From Mobula hypostoma (Eukaryota): 64,000 bases of DNA. The stretch is from NCBI RefSeq assembly GCF_963921235.1, contig NC_086097.1, forward strand, positions 228,348,001-228,412,000. Reading direction: 5' to 3'. The notes below the pieces were generated by a model, which was given only the letters and a program-made list of their open reading frames with translations, made no database searches and was not told the origin of the DNA. A program made the translations under genes and the position numbers. This document shows, piece by piece, positions 26,501 to 37,689 of this stretch (its first letter is position 1; each line of letters opens with the position of its first letter).

Positions 26501-29500
26501 TTCTTCTGCAAGAGACTGGTTGTTCCTTCTTTATACCTGGACGAAGGCAGAAGAAGTGGTGTGGCTTTGCTGGTAAAGAATGGCATCAAATCAGTAGAAA
26601 GATGTGTTGTAGGGGCAGATGTTGAATCCTTGTGGGTTGAGTTATAAAACTGCAAGGGTGAAAGGATCCTGTTGGCAGCAAACAGTAGCTGGGCTGTGGA
26701 CTACAGATTACAACAGGAAATAGAAAAAGCGTGTCAAAAGGGCAATGTAATGATAGTCATGGGAGATTTCAACATGCAGGTCGATTGGGAAAATCAGGTT
26801 GGTAATATATCTCAAAAGAGTGAATTTGGTGAAGGCCTAAGAGATGGCTTTTTAAGAGCAGTTTGTCATTGAGCCTACTAGGAGATCAGCTATTCAGGAT
26901 TGGGTGTAATGTAATGAACTGGAGGCCATTAGGGAGCTTAAGGTAAAGGAACCGTTAGGAAACAATATGATTGAGTTCAACTTGAATTTTGATAGGGAGA
27001 AAGTAAAGTCTCACATAGCAATATTTCAGTGGAGTAAAGGAAATTACAGTGGTATTAGAGAGGAGTTGGCCAAAGTACATTGGAGATGCTGGTAGGGATG
27101 ACAACAGAATAGCAATGGCGTGAATTTCTGGGGAAAATGAGGATGGTGCAGGATAGATGTATTCCAAGAACTAAAAATACTCAAATGGCAAAATAGTACA
27201 ACAGTGGCTGACAGAGGAATTCAAGGCAAAGGTAAAATCAAAAGAGAGGGCATACAACAAGGCAAAAATTAGCAGGAAGATAGAGATTCGGGAAGCTTTT
27301 AAAAACTTACAGAAAGCAACAAAAAGAATCATTAGGAAGGAAAAGATGAAACATGAAAGCAAGCTAGCAAACAATATCAAGGTGGATTGAAAAAGCTTTT
27401 TCAAGTATATAAAAAAATAAAAGAGACAAGAGTAGATACAGGACTGCTAGAAAATGTGGCTGGAAGAACAATAACAGGAGACAAGGAGATGGCAGATGAT
27501 AGAAATGAGTAAAATCAGTACTTTGCATCAGTCTTCACTATGGAAGACACTGGTAGTGTGCCAGGTGTTGAAGGGTATGAGGAAAGAGAAGTGAGTGCAG
27601 TTACTAATAGAAGGAAAAACATGCTCATAAAGCAAAGACCCAAGGGTACACAAGTCAGCTGGACCAGATGAACTGCAACCTAGGTTCTGAATGAGGTAGT
27701 GGTAGAGTTTGTAGAGGCATTAGAAATGGTCTTTCAAGAATCTGGCATGGTTCTGGAGGACTGGGAAATTGTAAATGTCACTCCACTCTTTAAGAAAGGG
27801 CAGAGGCAGCAAAAAAAGAAATTATAGACCAATTAGCCTGACCTCAATGGTTGGGAAGATGTTGTAGTTAATTGTTAAGGAGGAGGTTATGGAGTACTTG
27901 GTGACACAGGACAAGATGGGACAAAGTCAGTCAGTTCATTAAAGGAAAATCTTGCTTGACTAACCTGTTGGAATTCTTTGAGGAGATTACAAGTAGGACA
28001 GATAAAGGGAATGCAGTGAATGTTGTATATTTGGATTTTCAGAAGGCCTTTGACAAGGTGCCACACATGAGGCTGCTTACCAAGTTAGGAGCCCATGGTA
28101 TTACAGGAAAATTACCAGCATGGTTAGAGCATTGGCTGATTGGTAGGAGGCAGCAAGTGAGAATAAAAGGATCCTTTTCTGGTTGGCTGCCCATGACTAG
28201 TGGTGTTCCACAGGGGTCAATGTAGGGACCGCGTCTTTTATGCTGTACATCAATGATTTAGATGATGGAATAAATGGCCTTGTTGCCAAGTTTGCAGATG
28301 ATATGAAGACTGGTGGAGGGGCAGGTAGTGTTGAGGAAACAGGAAGGCTGCAGAAGGACTTAGACAGATTAGAAGGATGGGCAAGAAAGTGGCAAATGAA
28401 ATACAATGTTAAAAAATGCATGGTCATGCACTTTGGTAGTAGAAATAAACATGCAGACTATTTTCTAAGTGGGGAGAAAATCCTAAAATCTGAGATGCAA
28501 ATGGGCTTGGGAGTCCTTGTGCAGAACAGCCTAATGGTTAATTTGCAGGTTGAGTCAGAGGTGAGGAAGACAAATGCAATATTAGCATTCATTTCAAGAG
28601 GTCTAGAATACAAGAGCAGGGATGGGATGCTGAGGCTTTATAAGGCACTGGTGAGGGCTACCTTGAGTATTGTGAATAGTTTTGGATTCCTTATCTAAGA
28701 AAAGATGTGCTGGCATTGGAGAGTGTTGTACTCACTGGCATTTAGAAGGATGAGGTGGGGGAGAGGGGTTCTCATTGAATCTTTTGAATGTTGAAAGGCC
28801 TGGACAGAGCAGATGTGGAAAGGATGTTTCCCATGGTGGGGGAGTCTAAGACTGGAGGGCACAGCCTCTGGATAGAGGGGCATCCGTTTAAAATAGAGAT
28901 GCGGAGAAATTTCTTTAGCCAAAGGGTAGTGAATTTGTGGAATCTGTTACCACAGGCATCTGTGGAGACCAGGTCACTGGGTGTATTTAAGGCAGAGATT
29001 GATAGGTTCTTGATTGGACAGGGCATCAAAGGTTACGGGGAGAAGGCCGGGGATTGGGGCTGAAGAGAAGAAAAAAGGATCAGCTATGATTGAATGGCAG
29101 AGCAGACTCGATGGGCCAAATGGCCTAAATCTACTCCCATGTCTTATGGTCTTTGATAATCACCTAACTTGCTACATCAATGGGCATGATAAGGATCACA
29201 TTGGTACAACATTGGAAAATGTGGGGTAAAGGAGTAAAAGGATCCCAGAGCAGATTAGTCACGATCATGTTGGATGTCAAGCAAACTTGAAGATATCTGG
29301 CTTATGAAAGGAGTTCTTATATTGAAATGAGCTGCAATTACAGAAAGAAATGCAGAGCGTCATATAGTTCAGTTGCAAGCAATCAGGAAGAGGTAGTAAA
29401 TTAGATTAAACATTGGCTTTGTGAGAAAAACTAGAGAGTGGTAGTATATGATTGCTTCTTGAATGGAGGCCTGTGGCTACTGGAGTGCTACAGGAATCAG

Positions 29501-32500
29501 TGCTGGGTCTGACTTTTGTCACCTTTATCGATGATCTAGATGATAATGTGATTAACTGGATCAGCAAGTTAGCCGATTACACCAAGATTGGGGATGCAGT
29601 GGACAGAGAGGAAGGCTATCACTGCTTACACCTGGATCTGAACCAGCTGGAAAAATGGACTGAAAAAATGGCAGATGAAATTTAATGCAGATAAGTGTGA
29701 GGTGTTGCAGTATGGTGAAAGGTAGGGCACTGACCAAAGGGATCTGGAAATACAGGTAAATCCAGCCTCGTATCCCTTTTGCCAAACAACTTTCCAGCTC
29801 TTAGGTCCATCCCTCCCCCTCCTGTCTTCTCCTATCATTTCGGATCTCCCCCCCCCACCCCACTTTCAAATCTTTGACTATCTCTTCTTTCAGTTAGTCC
29901 TGACGAAAAGGTCTCAGCCCGAAACGTCAACTGTACCTCTTCCTATAAATGCTGCCTGGCCTGCTGCGTTCACCAGCGTTTTTCGTGTGTGTTGCTGGAA
30001 ATACAGGTCCATAGTTCATTGAAAGTGGCGTCACAGGTAGATAAGGTCGTAAAAGTAGATTTTGGCACATTGGCCGTCATGAATCAAAGTGCGGAATACA
30101 GCAGATGGGACGCTATGTTGATGTTGTATAAGACATAGGTGAGGCCCAATTGTGTGCAGTTTTGGTCATTTACCGACAGGAGAGATATAAACAAGCCTGA
30201 AAGAGTACAGAGAAAATTTACAAGGATATTGCCGGGTCTGGAGGACCTGAGTTATAAGGAAAGATAAAATAGGTTAGGATTTTATTCCTTGGAACACAGA
30301 AGACTGAGAGGAGATTTGACAGAGGTATACAAAATTATGAGGGGTATAGATATGGCAAATGCAAGGAGGCTTTTTCCACTGAAGTTGGGTGGGACTTCAA
30401 CTACAGGTAATGGGTTAAGGGTGAAGGGTGAAAGGTGAAAAATTTAAGGGGAACATGAGAAAAAAATTTCTTCACTGAGACTACGTCCACACTACGCTGG
30501 ATAATTTTGAAAAAGCCGGTTTCAAGTAAAAACGACAGGCATCAACACTAAGCGTTTTTCAAAATATCTCCGTCCACATTAGATGGATATTTGGGCAAAT
30601 CTCCTCCTACTGGGCACGCGCAGGACACACAGAAAACAAGTGAAGAGGAAACGGTATACTTGGTGCGTGTTTGTCCAATTACAGAGTAGAAAAACTTAAA
30701 AGGACTTGCTCTTGGCTCTCGCGCAGGAGGACTTAAAACTTAAAAAAAAACAAATACTGGAGGGTATGGAGGCAACCAACAGGGAGTTCATGGGCAGTAT
30801 GACCCAGCTGACGACGAACATTGAAAAACTGACTAACTCTGTTGCATTAATAAAGCACCTTGTTGAATGTATAAAACGTCTGCATCAGTGTTATCTTGTA
30901 TTTCCATACAATGTTACATTAGGCTGTTACACATCTATTGTCAGAGAAGTACTTGCATAAGCAGGTGAACCACCTTCATAAAAGCAAGGACAGAAAACGG
31001 CAGAGTGAGTTTACCTATTTATTCAGTAAGCTATGGGTCAAAGTATTTGGTGAGTACATTTCTAACCCTTCTGGCTTCAGTCTCGTTGCCGTCTGTTCTG
31101 AAATTGTTAGGTGGTTGCGTTCAAGAAGACAACGAAATGCCGCACTGCGGCCATCTGTTCCGGCACGTCATGACAGCGTTTTTAAATAGTCAAAAAAGCT
31201 CGCTTTACAATTTAACTCTCACGCCGTTCACACCGACTGCACGTTATAACAGCTGCACGGCAGTGCTTGCGCAGTACCAAGCAGAAGCAGAAAAAGCATT
31301 GTTGTTGTGGTGTTGGCATGACAGTGTTTTCAAATCTCTCCAGTTACCCCATACACACTACAATGGATATTAGGCATTTTCAGATTTATTCACTCTGGAG
31401 ATCGTTTCTGAAAACCTCCTTTTTCGGGGGATGAAAATGCCGTTTCAGTGTGGACAGAAGGTCAAAACGAAGAGAAAAAGCTTTGTTTTCAAAATTATCC
31501 GGCGTAGTGTGGACGTACCCTCAGAGGGTTGTGAGAACGTGGAACGAGCTACCAGCACAAGTGATGCATGCAAGCTCAATTTCAACATTTAAGAGAAGCT
31601 TTTATAGGTACGTGATGGTATGGGAATGGGTTATGGTCCTGGTGCAGGTCTACGGGAGTAGGCAGTTTAGATGGTTCAGCACGGACCAGATGGGCCGAGG
31701 GACCTGTTTCTGTGCCGTACTTTTCTATGACTCTTTGACTTTAATAACAAAACTGTACTCTAGAATAAAATGTGGGTATAGTCCTGTTCTCACCAAGTGT
31801 CTGTCAGTATCCTTTCGCTAGTGGAGGCAGGATAACAATAACAATAACAAAACCCTTAAGAAATATTAGTCACTTTGCCTACTTCTAAGGCATACAAACT
31901 GCAGCACTGACAGCTGCATATTAATAGACATTAGCTAAATCAACAAGCCAGGAAATTGAAACTTGAGCTCTTATACTATACAATACAAAATCTATCCACA
32001 TAAACTTATCTTATATATTAATATTTATTGCAAACAACAGAAAATCAGGGACTTTTGTGGGTATTAATATTTATTGCACTTTATTTTATGCAAATAGCAA
32101 TCATTTTGCTCTCCTTTGCACTTGTGTACTGTAGAATGACAACAGCAATCTTGAACCTTTCTGTCCGTATGACTGCACAATTTACTTTTACATATATCCA
32201 AGGTAAGATAACAGCATCAAAGATTGTGACACTTGCAAATAGGAAGAATTTAACTATAAAGACATCAACTGTCCAAGATGGCGCCAGCGAACAACGTGAC
32301 CCAACAGCAACATCCTGCAGAGTGTTCACGAAGCTTACTTCTTTCATTCCTTCCTTCAAATATGATTCTACTACTAAACTTTGTGCAATTAGAACCTGCG
32401 ATTTACATTTTGATGGTGTGTTTTTTGGGCTGATTGAGCGATCTAGTGCTTTACTGTCTCCGAGGGAGCTTGGTGAGGTTAGAAGCAGAGTATGGGGCCT

Positions 32501-33912
32501 GTAGGCCTGGAAGCCAGGACACAGGGTGCAGGCCTGTGATCGACTCCAATGCTTTTCTCCAACTGAAGCGTCAAGAGCAGAGGACAGGTGGGTGTTTGGT
32601 GCCAACTGCCCACATATGACCAGTCTTCTTCTCTTTCTCGCTAGCGCAGGAGTCTTGGGATTCACGTTGCAAGGATTGACAAGCAAGGTCTGTGGCTGTG
32701 GACTCATTTTGGGGACTTTGAGGTTTATGTTGCATGTGTTTCTGTATCCTGGTTGCTCTTTTTTTTTGCTGTTTTTGAGCACTTTGCTCGGGGCAATCGA
32801 TGTGGACTGGGGCGCTTCGGTGAAGGCTAGCTCTGCGGCCGGCAGTCAGCTACCGGCATGGCGCTGAACCGAACTGAAGGTGAATGCTTCTGGACAGCTG
32901 GTTTGATGTTAATAATTTATGCGCTGTTCATTCACTTTTTGCCGTTTGAGCAATTTGTTCTTTTTGTGTGCATTGGGAGTTTGATAGTTTTCTCTGAATG
33001 GTGTTCCTTTGTTTCGTGACTGCCTGAGGGAGGATGAACTTCACAGTTGTATTTTGTATACGTACTTTGATAATAAATGTACTTTGGTAAACGATTCAAA
33101 GAGTCATTGTACTAATCTGATTGGCACATGATGATGTCTACAACACTGGAATAAAATTTGAAATAAAACTACAGATGATTGTTGTTGAATGGCTGTAAGT
33201 GTATTTTAATAATAATATTATTAAGAATTCTGCAAATAATTAGACCATTCTTTACTACACAAACCAGTTAGATTATTTTTCTTATTTTCCCAGAGTGCAA
33301 GAACGCAGGGCACTGTAAAAAGGCAATGGTTGTTTACAAGACCGTAACATAACATAACATAAGACATTCAGCCCATCATCTCTGCTCCACCATTCACCAC
33401 GGCTGATTTATCAACCCTCTCAACCCCATTCTCCTGCCTTCTCCCTGTAACCTTTGACACCCTGACTAATCAAGAACCTGTCAACCTCCACTTAACAGAT
33501 ACTCAATGTCTTGGCCCCCATTCCAAAGACCTAAAGACCATTTATAAAAATTAAATTTAATGGCATTCAGCGAGAACAGGAATTAAAATCATCTTACCCT
33601 TCCATCAGAGCAAAGAGAATGTTTTGATCTTTGTGGCTCGATGTAACTGATATTATAAACCTTAGAATCCAAAAGTGCTTTCTAAAGACAAGACAAACAT
33701 TCAGTACATAATGTTCTAACATTTTCAACATCATTAACAAGTTGATATAATTTCTTCATTCCTTACCAAATCCTCAAAATCTTGAGATATGATGTACTGG
33801 AAATCATTCATTACTTCTGTCATATTTAAGTTTCTGTTCTTACAAGAGAGTGCAATATTTGGAATCAGAAGAATCACCAGGAAAGTTATATCAAGGAGAT
33901 ACCTAAAGAAAA
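16116..33912 (-). CDS. IL7: Interleukin-7-like cytokine gene (spliced; join 33912-33767, 33681-33598, 25521-25384, 16268-16116; first ATG exon uncertain)
   Basis: Joined translation (V)FFRYLLDITFLVILLIPNIALSCKNRNLNMTEVMNDFQYIISQDFEDL/KALLDSKVYNISYIEPQRSKHSLCSDGR/EIDSIHHMTCSTVSITNKFNFDFTPEIMALSRKTEGVLKCHCKRQK/HQKTNIRKSKTPTNVIPRRKTKSAQKKFLRIKNKISDLYLCWKKMYKFTR*. All splice sites are GT/AG with phases 1,0,0,0. The N-terminus resembles mammalian IL-7 (FRYIFGLPPLILVLLP..C) and the C-terminus resembles helix D (FLKRLLQEIKTCWNKIL). Confidence 0.85.
16358..17015. mobile_element. Penelope-like inverted-repeat insertion with 14-bp TSD
   Basis: Minus arm from 16358 and plus arm to 17015; TSD aaatgtaaccatat (16344-16357) / aagtgtaaccatat (17016-17029). 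Confidence 0.85.
16452..16487 (-). ncRNA. Minimal hammerhead ribozyme motif, sense to the IL7-like transcript
   Basis: aatc CTGATGA A GGG tctcgg CCC GAAA TGTC gact on the minus strand. Confidence 0.65.
17998..18861 (+). CDS. L1 ORF1p (coiled coil plus RRM/CTD), open frame
   Basis: 287 aa; DLESRMRRQNLRMIGVRE, LDRVHR, KPRHVILRF, EDFS and LLYPAHL motifs. Confidence 0.88.
   Translation: MLLMSAMSKNGKNGKDSKPPVRPKGIDFPPTDPLVTLKAISDLIQREISTSITELIRAEISIIFQKIADSIDKIQTSITEHQSAISDLQKSTQQNELKMEKIEETINVMKKKLDFLTFKNSDLESRMRRQNLRMIGVREAVESDNPMKYFSQLLKDAFPTVFPDQPPLLDRVHRVPSYSSKSDKPRHVILRFHYFQDKEKLFRFVRSKGYIDFLDLKFRFVEDFSKPIRDQRVRYRSVMSELYKMDLKPALLYPAHLRILTLDGALRFFESPSDAQSYLDQFSPSTS
19571..23337 (+). pseudogene. 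L1 ORF2 (APE endonuclease, RT, Cys-rich domain), disrupted
   Basis: SWNTNGLN, LQETH, GGDLN, SRIDYF, KAPGPDGF, SLDAEKAFD, GTRQGCPLSP, YADD and CDRC..HMFWSC, split by frameshifts and stops. Confidence 0.9.
23539..23579. repeat. (TA)n microsatellite in the L1 3' UTR
   Basis: Direct dinucleotide run. Confidence 0.9.
24000..24250 (-). mobile_element. CR1 ORF1 esterase-domain fragment
   Basis: FVDFWDLFWRRYDLYKKDGLYLNLRG. Confidence 0.7.
25384..25521 (-). CDS. IL7: IL7-like coding exon: helices B and C (138 nt, phase 0 to 0)
   Basis: Acceptor ttttttttaaattctag|GAA, donor AAG|gtatgt; only phase 0 is open: EIDSIHHMTC...LSRKTEGVLKCHCKRQK. Confidence 0.85.
26520..29155 (+). mobile_element. CR1 ORF2 remnant
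   Basis: GDFNM, LTNLLEFFEE, YLDFQKAFDKVPH, FADD motifs and a CR1 3' end. Confidence 0.9.
29758..29994 (+). mobile_element. Penelope-like 3' fragment with 14-bp TSD
   Basis: TSD ctggaaatacaggt at 29744-29757 and 29995-30008. Confidence 0.85.
29896..29932 (+). ncRNA. Minimal hammerhead ribozyme motif
   Basis: agtc CTGACGA aaaggtctcagccc GAAA CGTC aact. Confidence 0.6.
30479..31520. mobile_element. Non-autonomous PIF/Harbinger DNA transposon
   Basis: ~35-bp TIRs (gactacgtccacactacgctggataattttgaaaa / ttttcaaaattatccggcgtagtgtggacgtaccc); 3-bp TGA/TCA flanks splitting a CR1. Confidence 0.8.
32268..33087 (+). mobile_element. Non-autonomous LINE-like element (Rex1/L2-type ends)
   Basis: 5' CAAGATGGCG motif; 3' aataaatgtactttg like other Rex-type tails in the window. 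Confidence 0.5.
33598..33681 (-). CDS. IL7: IL7-like coding exon: AB loop (84 nt, phase 0 to 0)
   Basis: Acceptor ttgtctttag|AAA, donor AGG|gtaaga; open frame KALLDSKVYNISYIEPQRSKHSLCSDGR; preceded by an 85-nt intron. Confidence 0.85.
33767..33912 (-). CDS. IL7: IL7-like coding exon: signal peptide and helix A (146 nt, phase 1 to 0)
   Basis: Acceptor aattcag|TTTTCTTTAGGTAT, donor TTG|gtaagg. Encodes FFRYLLDITFLVILLIPNIALS-C, a hydrophobic signal peptide followed by a Cys. Confidence 0.88.
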
Positions 33913-35329
33913 CTGAATTATAGTAAACAGGACTCAAAATATGACTGTGACCTTACTGAACTGAAAATATTTTATAGTGCTGATGCTTTTTATTCCACAG
34001 AAGATTATGGTATAAGCACATTGAAACTACGAGCTGAACAGATATTAAAATCAAATCAACTACCTATGAATTCAATATTAAATCAAGCCAGATTGCTTTT
34101 CAGTTCAGAAGTATGTGAATAGAATTATTACCTCAATAAAAGATAAAGACACAGTGATAACTTTAGGATTACTCAACACGTTTACTCACATTAGAAGTTA
34201 ATGGCATGTCACAAATATCCAAAGAGCCAGGTGAAATTTATACATATATTAGTTATTGCTGTTTTGCTTCTAGATAAAAATATAACTAACAAATCATTTA
34301 ATATGCATTATTAACAATTGTACCATAAAAATTAAAGAAATAAATCCTCCCAATCTATCATGTCTAGCTTGCAATAACTCTTGGGGAGCAGAACAGATAA
34401 AACTGCAAATGTACTTCCATACTTGTGATGCTGATACCTCAACCTTATGCAACACCGTGGGAAAGGATTTCACTGCTAACCTAATGGATTTTCAGTAGAA
34501 GTAGTGTTTGGGTTATGGTTTGAGATAATGGGTGCTTTGGAATGTGTACCATCCAATCAGGGGAGCGGGGTTTTTTGTGTGTGTACCTGACACCAATGTG
34601 AGCTGGGGCTTTGTTCTGCAAAAGGTGAAGAGAGAAGACACCAGAGAGAACCGGTCGTAGGATTCAACCCGGTGGGGGACCATGATTCAATGGGGCAAGG
34701 CGCTGAGGTCTACTGACCTCAGAGAACATGAGTTTTCGGAGAACATGTACGAGTTTTGGAAGACTTGAGCTCCAACTTGTGCACATTTGACTGTTGTATT
34801 ATAATGGACACTTTTTGGTGTTTCTTCACTAACTCTTTAGTTAAAATTCATAAGTATAAATTCCTTTAATCATATGCACAGTACTATCTGTTATTTCTTG
34901 GCACTGAGTTGTAACGGGGTTTGGGGTGGAAGAGCTGTCTCAATCTCATGGGTTTGGTGGGACTGGACAGTGTATTCCCTAGACATAGGCAGCCAAGGAA
35001 ACCAGGTGGGATTCACTTGTGTTTCACCTGATTATGACCCAAGAATATGCAATTATGGTGACATTTGCCTTACAAGTTGAAACCATCATTGAAGTCTTTC
35101 TGTGACCGCCAGAGAAAAATGTTGTTAATGCAATGATCAGCTACCGCAATGGATTTGTTCTACTAACTACAGAGATTACTGGTGACCTGGACTGCTGATA
35201 TTTGTCAGTGATTTTCAATGGAACCAAGAGCATGTACTCACTTTACTTATTTATACTTATTTTGCACTTTCATTTATTTGTTGATACAGCATGGTAACAG
35301 ACCCTTCTTGTTAAACGTGGATAAGATGA

Positions 35330-35627
35330 TGGGGCAGCACATTAGCACAGCCGTTAGCACATCACGGATTGGGCTTCAATTCCCACTGCTGTCTATAAGG
35401 AGTTCGTACATTCTCCCTGTGACCATATGCATTTCCTCCAGGTGCTCTGGTTTCCTCCCACATTCCAAAGGCATGTGGGTTAGATTAGTAAATTGTGGGC
35501 AGACTATGTTGGCGCCTGAAATGTGATGACCCTTGCAGGCTGCCCAGAACAATCCTCACTTATTTGATCACACATTTCACTGTGTGTTTTGATGTACATG
35601 TGACAAATAAAGCAAATCTTTATCTTT
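35330..35627 (+). mobile_element. tRNA-derived SINE (V-SINE-like)
   Basis: Degenerate pol III boxes, ggtgctctggtttcctcccacattccaaag core, and an aataaagcaaatctttatcttt tail. Confidence 0.6.
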
Positions 35628-35858
35628 CAAATGCACAGTGGAAATAATGAACTGTACAAAAAGAAGAGCAAATACAATGAATTACTGAAACCTCAGTGAA
35701 TGCAGATCATCAAACTGTGACCAAAGAGACCCTCTACCTCAAAAACAATAAAATTTAGCCTCTTGGCATCTTTGCAGCACTTCTTCCTGATGGATTATTT
35801 ACTCTTGTTTTGCATGTTGCTCGTGAATCCCATCTGTGCGCTAACATGATACACCCAC

Positions 35859-35862
35859 CCAT
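35859..35862 (-). CDS. IL7: Candidate first coding micro-segment (ATG G) of the IL7-like gene
   Basis: AACATGG|gtgggt has a good Kozak context, a phase-1 donor matching the 33912 acceptor (gives MVFFRY) and an in-frame upstream TAA, in non-repetitive sequence. Other starts are not excluded. Confidence 0.4.
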
Positions 35863-36361
35863 GTTAAAATAGCAATGTTTCTGTTTAACAGCTTAAATTA
35901 ACTCAATTGCCCATTAAATATGTTGAAACACGCTGAGTGGATAGAAACTGCAACATAACCATTTCTCCCAAGAGATCCTGAGCCACAATGGAGAACAAAG
36001 CAGAATTGCAGTGAATAGCATGGCCTGTTGAAGATAGTGTTATTCAGTTCTAAGTCATTCGCAAATATGCCACTGATTATGCTAGTAACAAATATCACTC
36101 AAAACCATCAACTGAATCAATGCACTGTCCATCATCATTACAAAAAGATTAGCAGTCCTCTTTGCTGGAATATTTAGGAACTGATAAGCATACTTGTTTC
36201 TATGGATCACAACTCTACAAATTTGGTGTTTTTGAAATGGGGTCAGATAGATACAGTCATTCAACTGCAATGACACAAAATTTGCAAAATTAGTGCAATT
36301 GATCCTAGAATATTATTGGAAATTCTGCACTTGCAAGTAACATTATACCTACCTCTAGACA

Positions 36362-36440
36362 CAGGGATTCCCAATTTGGGGTTTACGGACCCCTCGGTTA
36401 ATAGTAAGGCTCCATGGCATAAAATGTTTGGAAATGCCTG
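36362..36440. mobile_element. Second copy of the 80-bp hAT MITE
   Basis: Similar to 1649-1728; TCTAGA-containing flanks on both sides. Confidence 0.6.
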
Positions 36441-37689
36441 CTCTAGAGTTAGTACAGCGGCATAGTTAGCAAAGCTGCTGCCTCACACCACCTGAGACCC
36501 AGATTCAATCCTGGCCTGAGTAGAATTTGTACATGTCCTGCCTGACTACAGCTTCCTCCCATACTCAAAGATAAATGGAACATAGAACAGGACTGGTCCT
36601 TTGGCCCATGATGTTGTGTTGACCTTTAACCTACCCTAAGATCAAAGCAAGCTTCCTTCCTACAAAGCCCTCTATTTTGCTATTAACCATGAACCTAAGA
36701 GTTTATTAAATGTCCCTGATGTACCTACCACCCTTGACATTGTGTTTCATGAGACCAAACAGTCTGTAAAAAAAACTTGCCTCTGACATCCCCCCCCCCC
36801 CCACCATACTTTCCTCCAATCACCTTAAAACTATGTCCCCTTGTATTACCCATTTCCAGCCTGGGAAAAAGCCTCTGACTGCCCACTCGATCCGTGCCTC
36901 TTTGTCATCTTGTATACCTCTGTTGTGGACATTGCAGCAAGGAAAGGGTTAAATGGTATGCTAACAGAATAGAGTGCAGACATTCTGTACAGCCTAGGAG
37001 TGGAATTTCAGAAAGGCAATCGTCAAGGTGATAAGCTGACAAGACATAGTGTGCCGAGATAGTAGTCACCCATGCTGAACATAACCCTTGAAATCATAAA
37101 GATTCCTTTGAGTCAAACCTGGGACTCAAGGTCACCAGGCATACCAAGACAAGATAAAATGCAAATGAAGGATCGCTGGGCAACACTTGCTACCGGACAG
37201 CTATTTTACTAATGCTTAAGTATTATTGACACTCTTCCAAAATAACTAAGTTCTAACTCAAAAAAAAGTACATTTGATCCTTTATTATGGCACCAGCAAA
37301 GATGAACAACCTTATAGTGATAAAAAAAATAATTTAATTAAATTAACAATATATCAAAATAAGAATAACACGTAATTAAACATAATTAGCAAAACTCAGC
37401 AAAGTCGGTAGGCAACAAAAAGTCACCTTGGCCCACTCCCTGTCAAGTAGGCTAAACTGAACTGAGACAAGCTGTGCATATGCAACTATTCTCATTTATT
37501 CTACCACACCCCAAACCACATGTCAAGTTACCCATAATTAATGCCCAACACAAAGTACAATGCAGATCGATAGAAAATAGATACACGACTCCTACAACCC
37601 AGTCCCTAATTATTACACAATAATAATTACAATTACATACTACAAAAATTCTATCTCCTATGATCCCAATTCTATCACCTTTGCCATAG

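Larger units (their letters stand above)
29390..31735 (+). mobile_element. CR1 3' fragment interrupted by a Penelope piece and a Harbinger element
   Basis: GVLQESVLG and ADYTKIG motifs; sequence resumes after each insertion; ttctatgactct tail. Confidence 0.8.

Noticed and set aside
32028..32867. Long overlapping ORFs (up to 233 aa)
   Set aside because: They lie in a repeat-like element with no domain motifs.
34423..35017. Possible solo LTR in the first cytokine intron
   Set aside because: LTR-like composition, but termini and TSD could not be defined.
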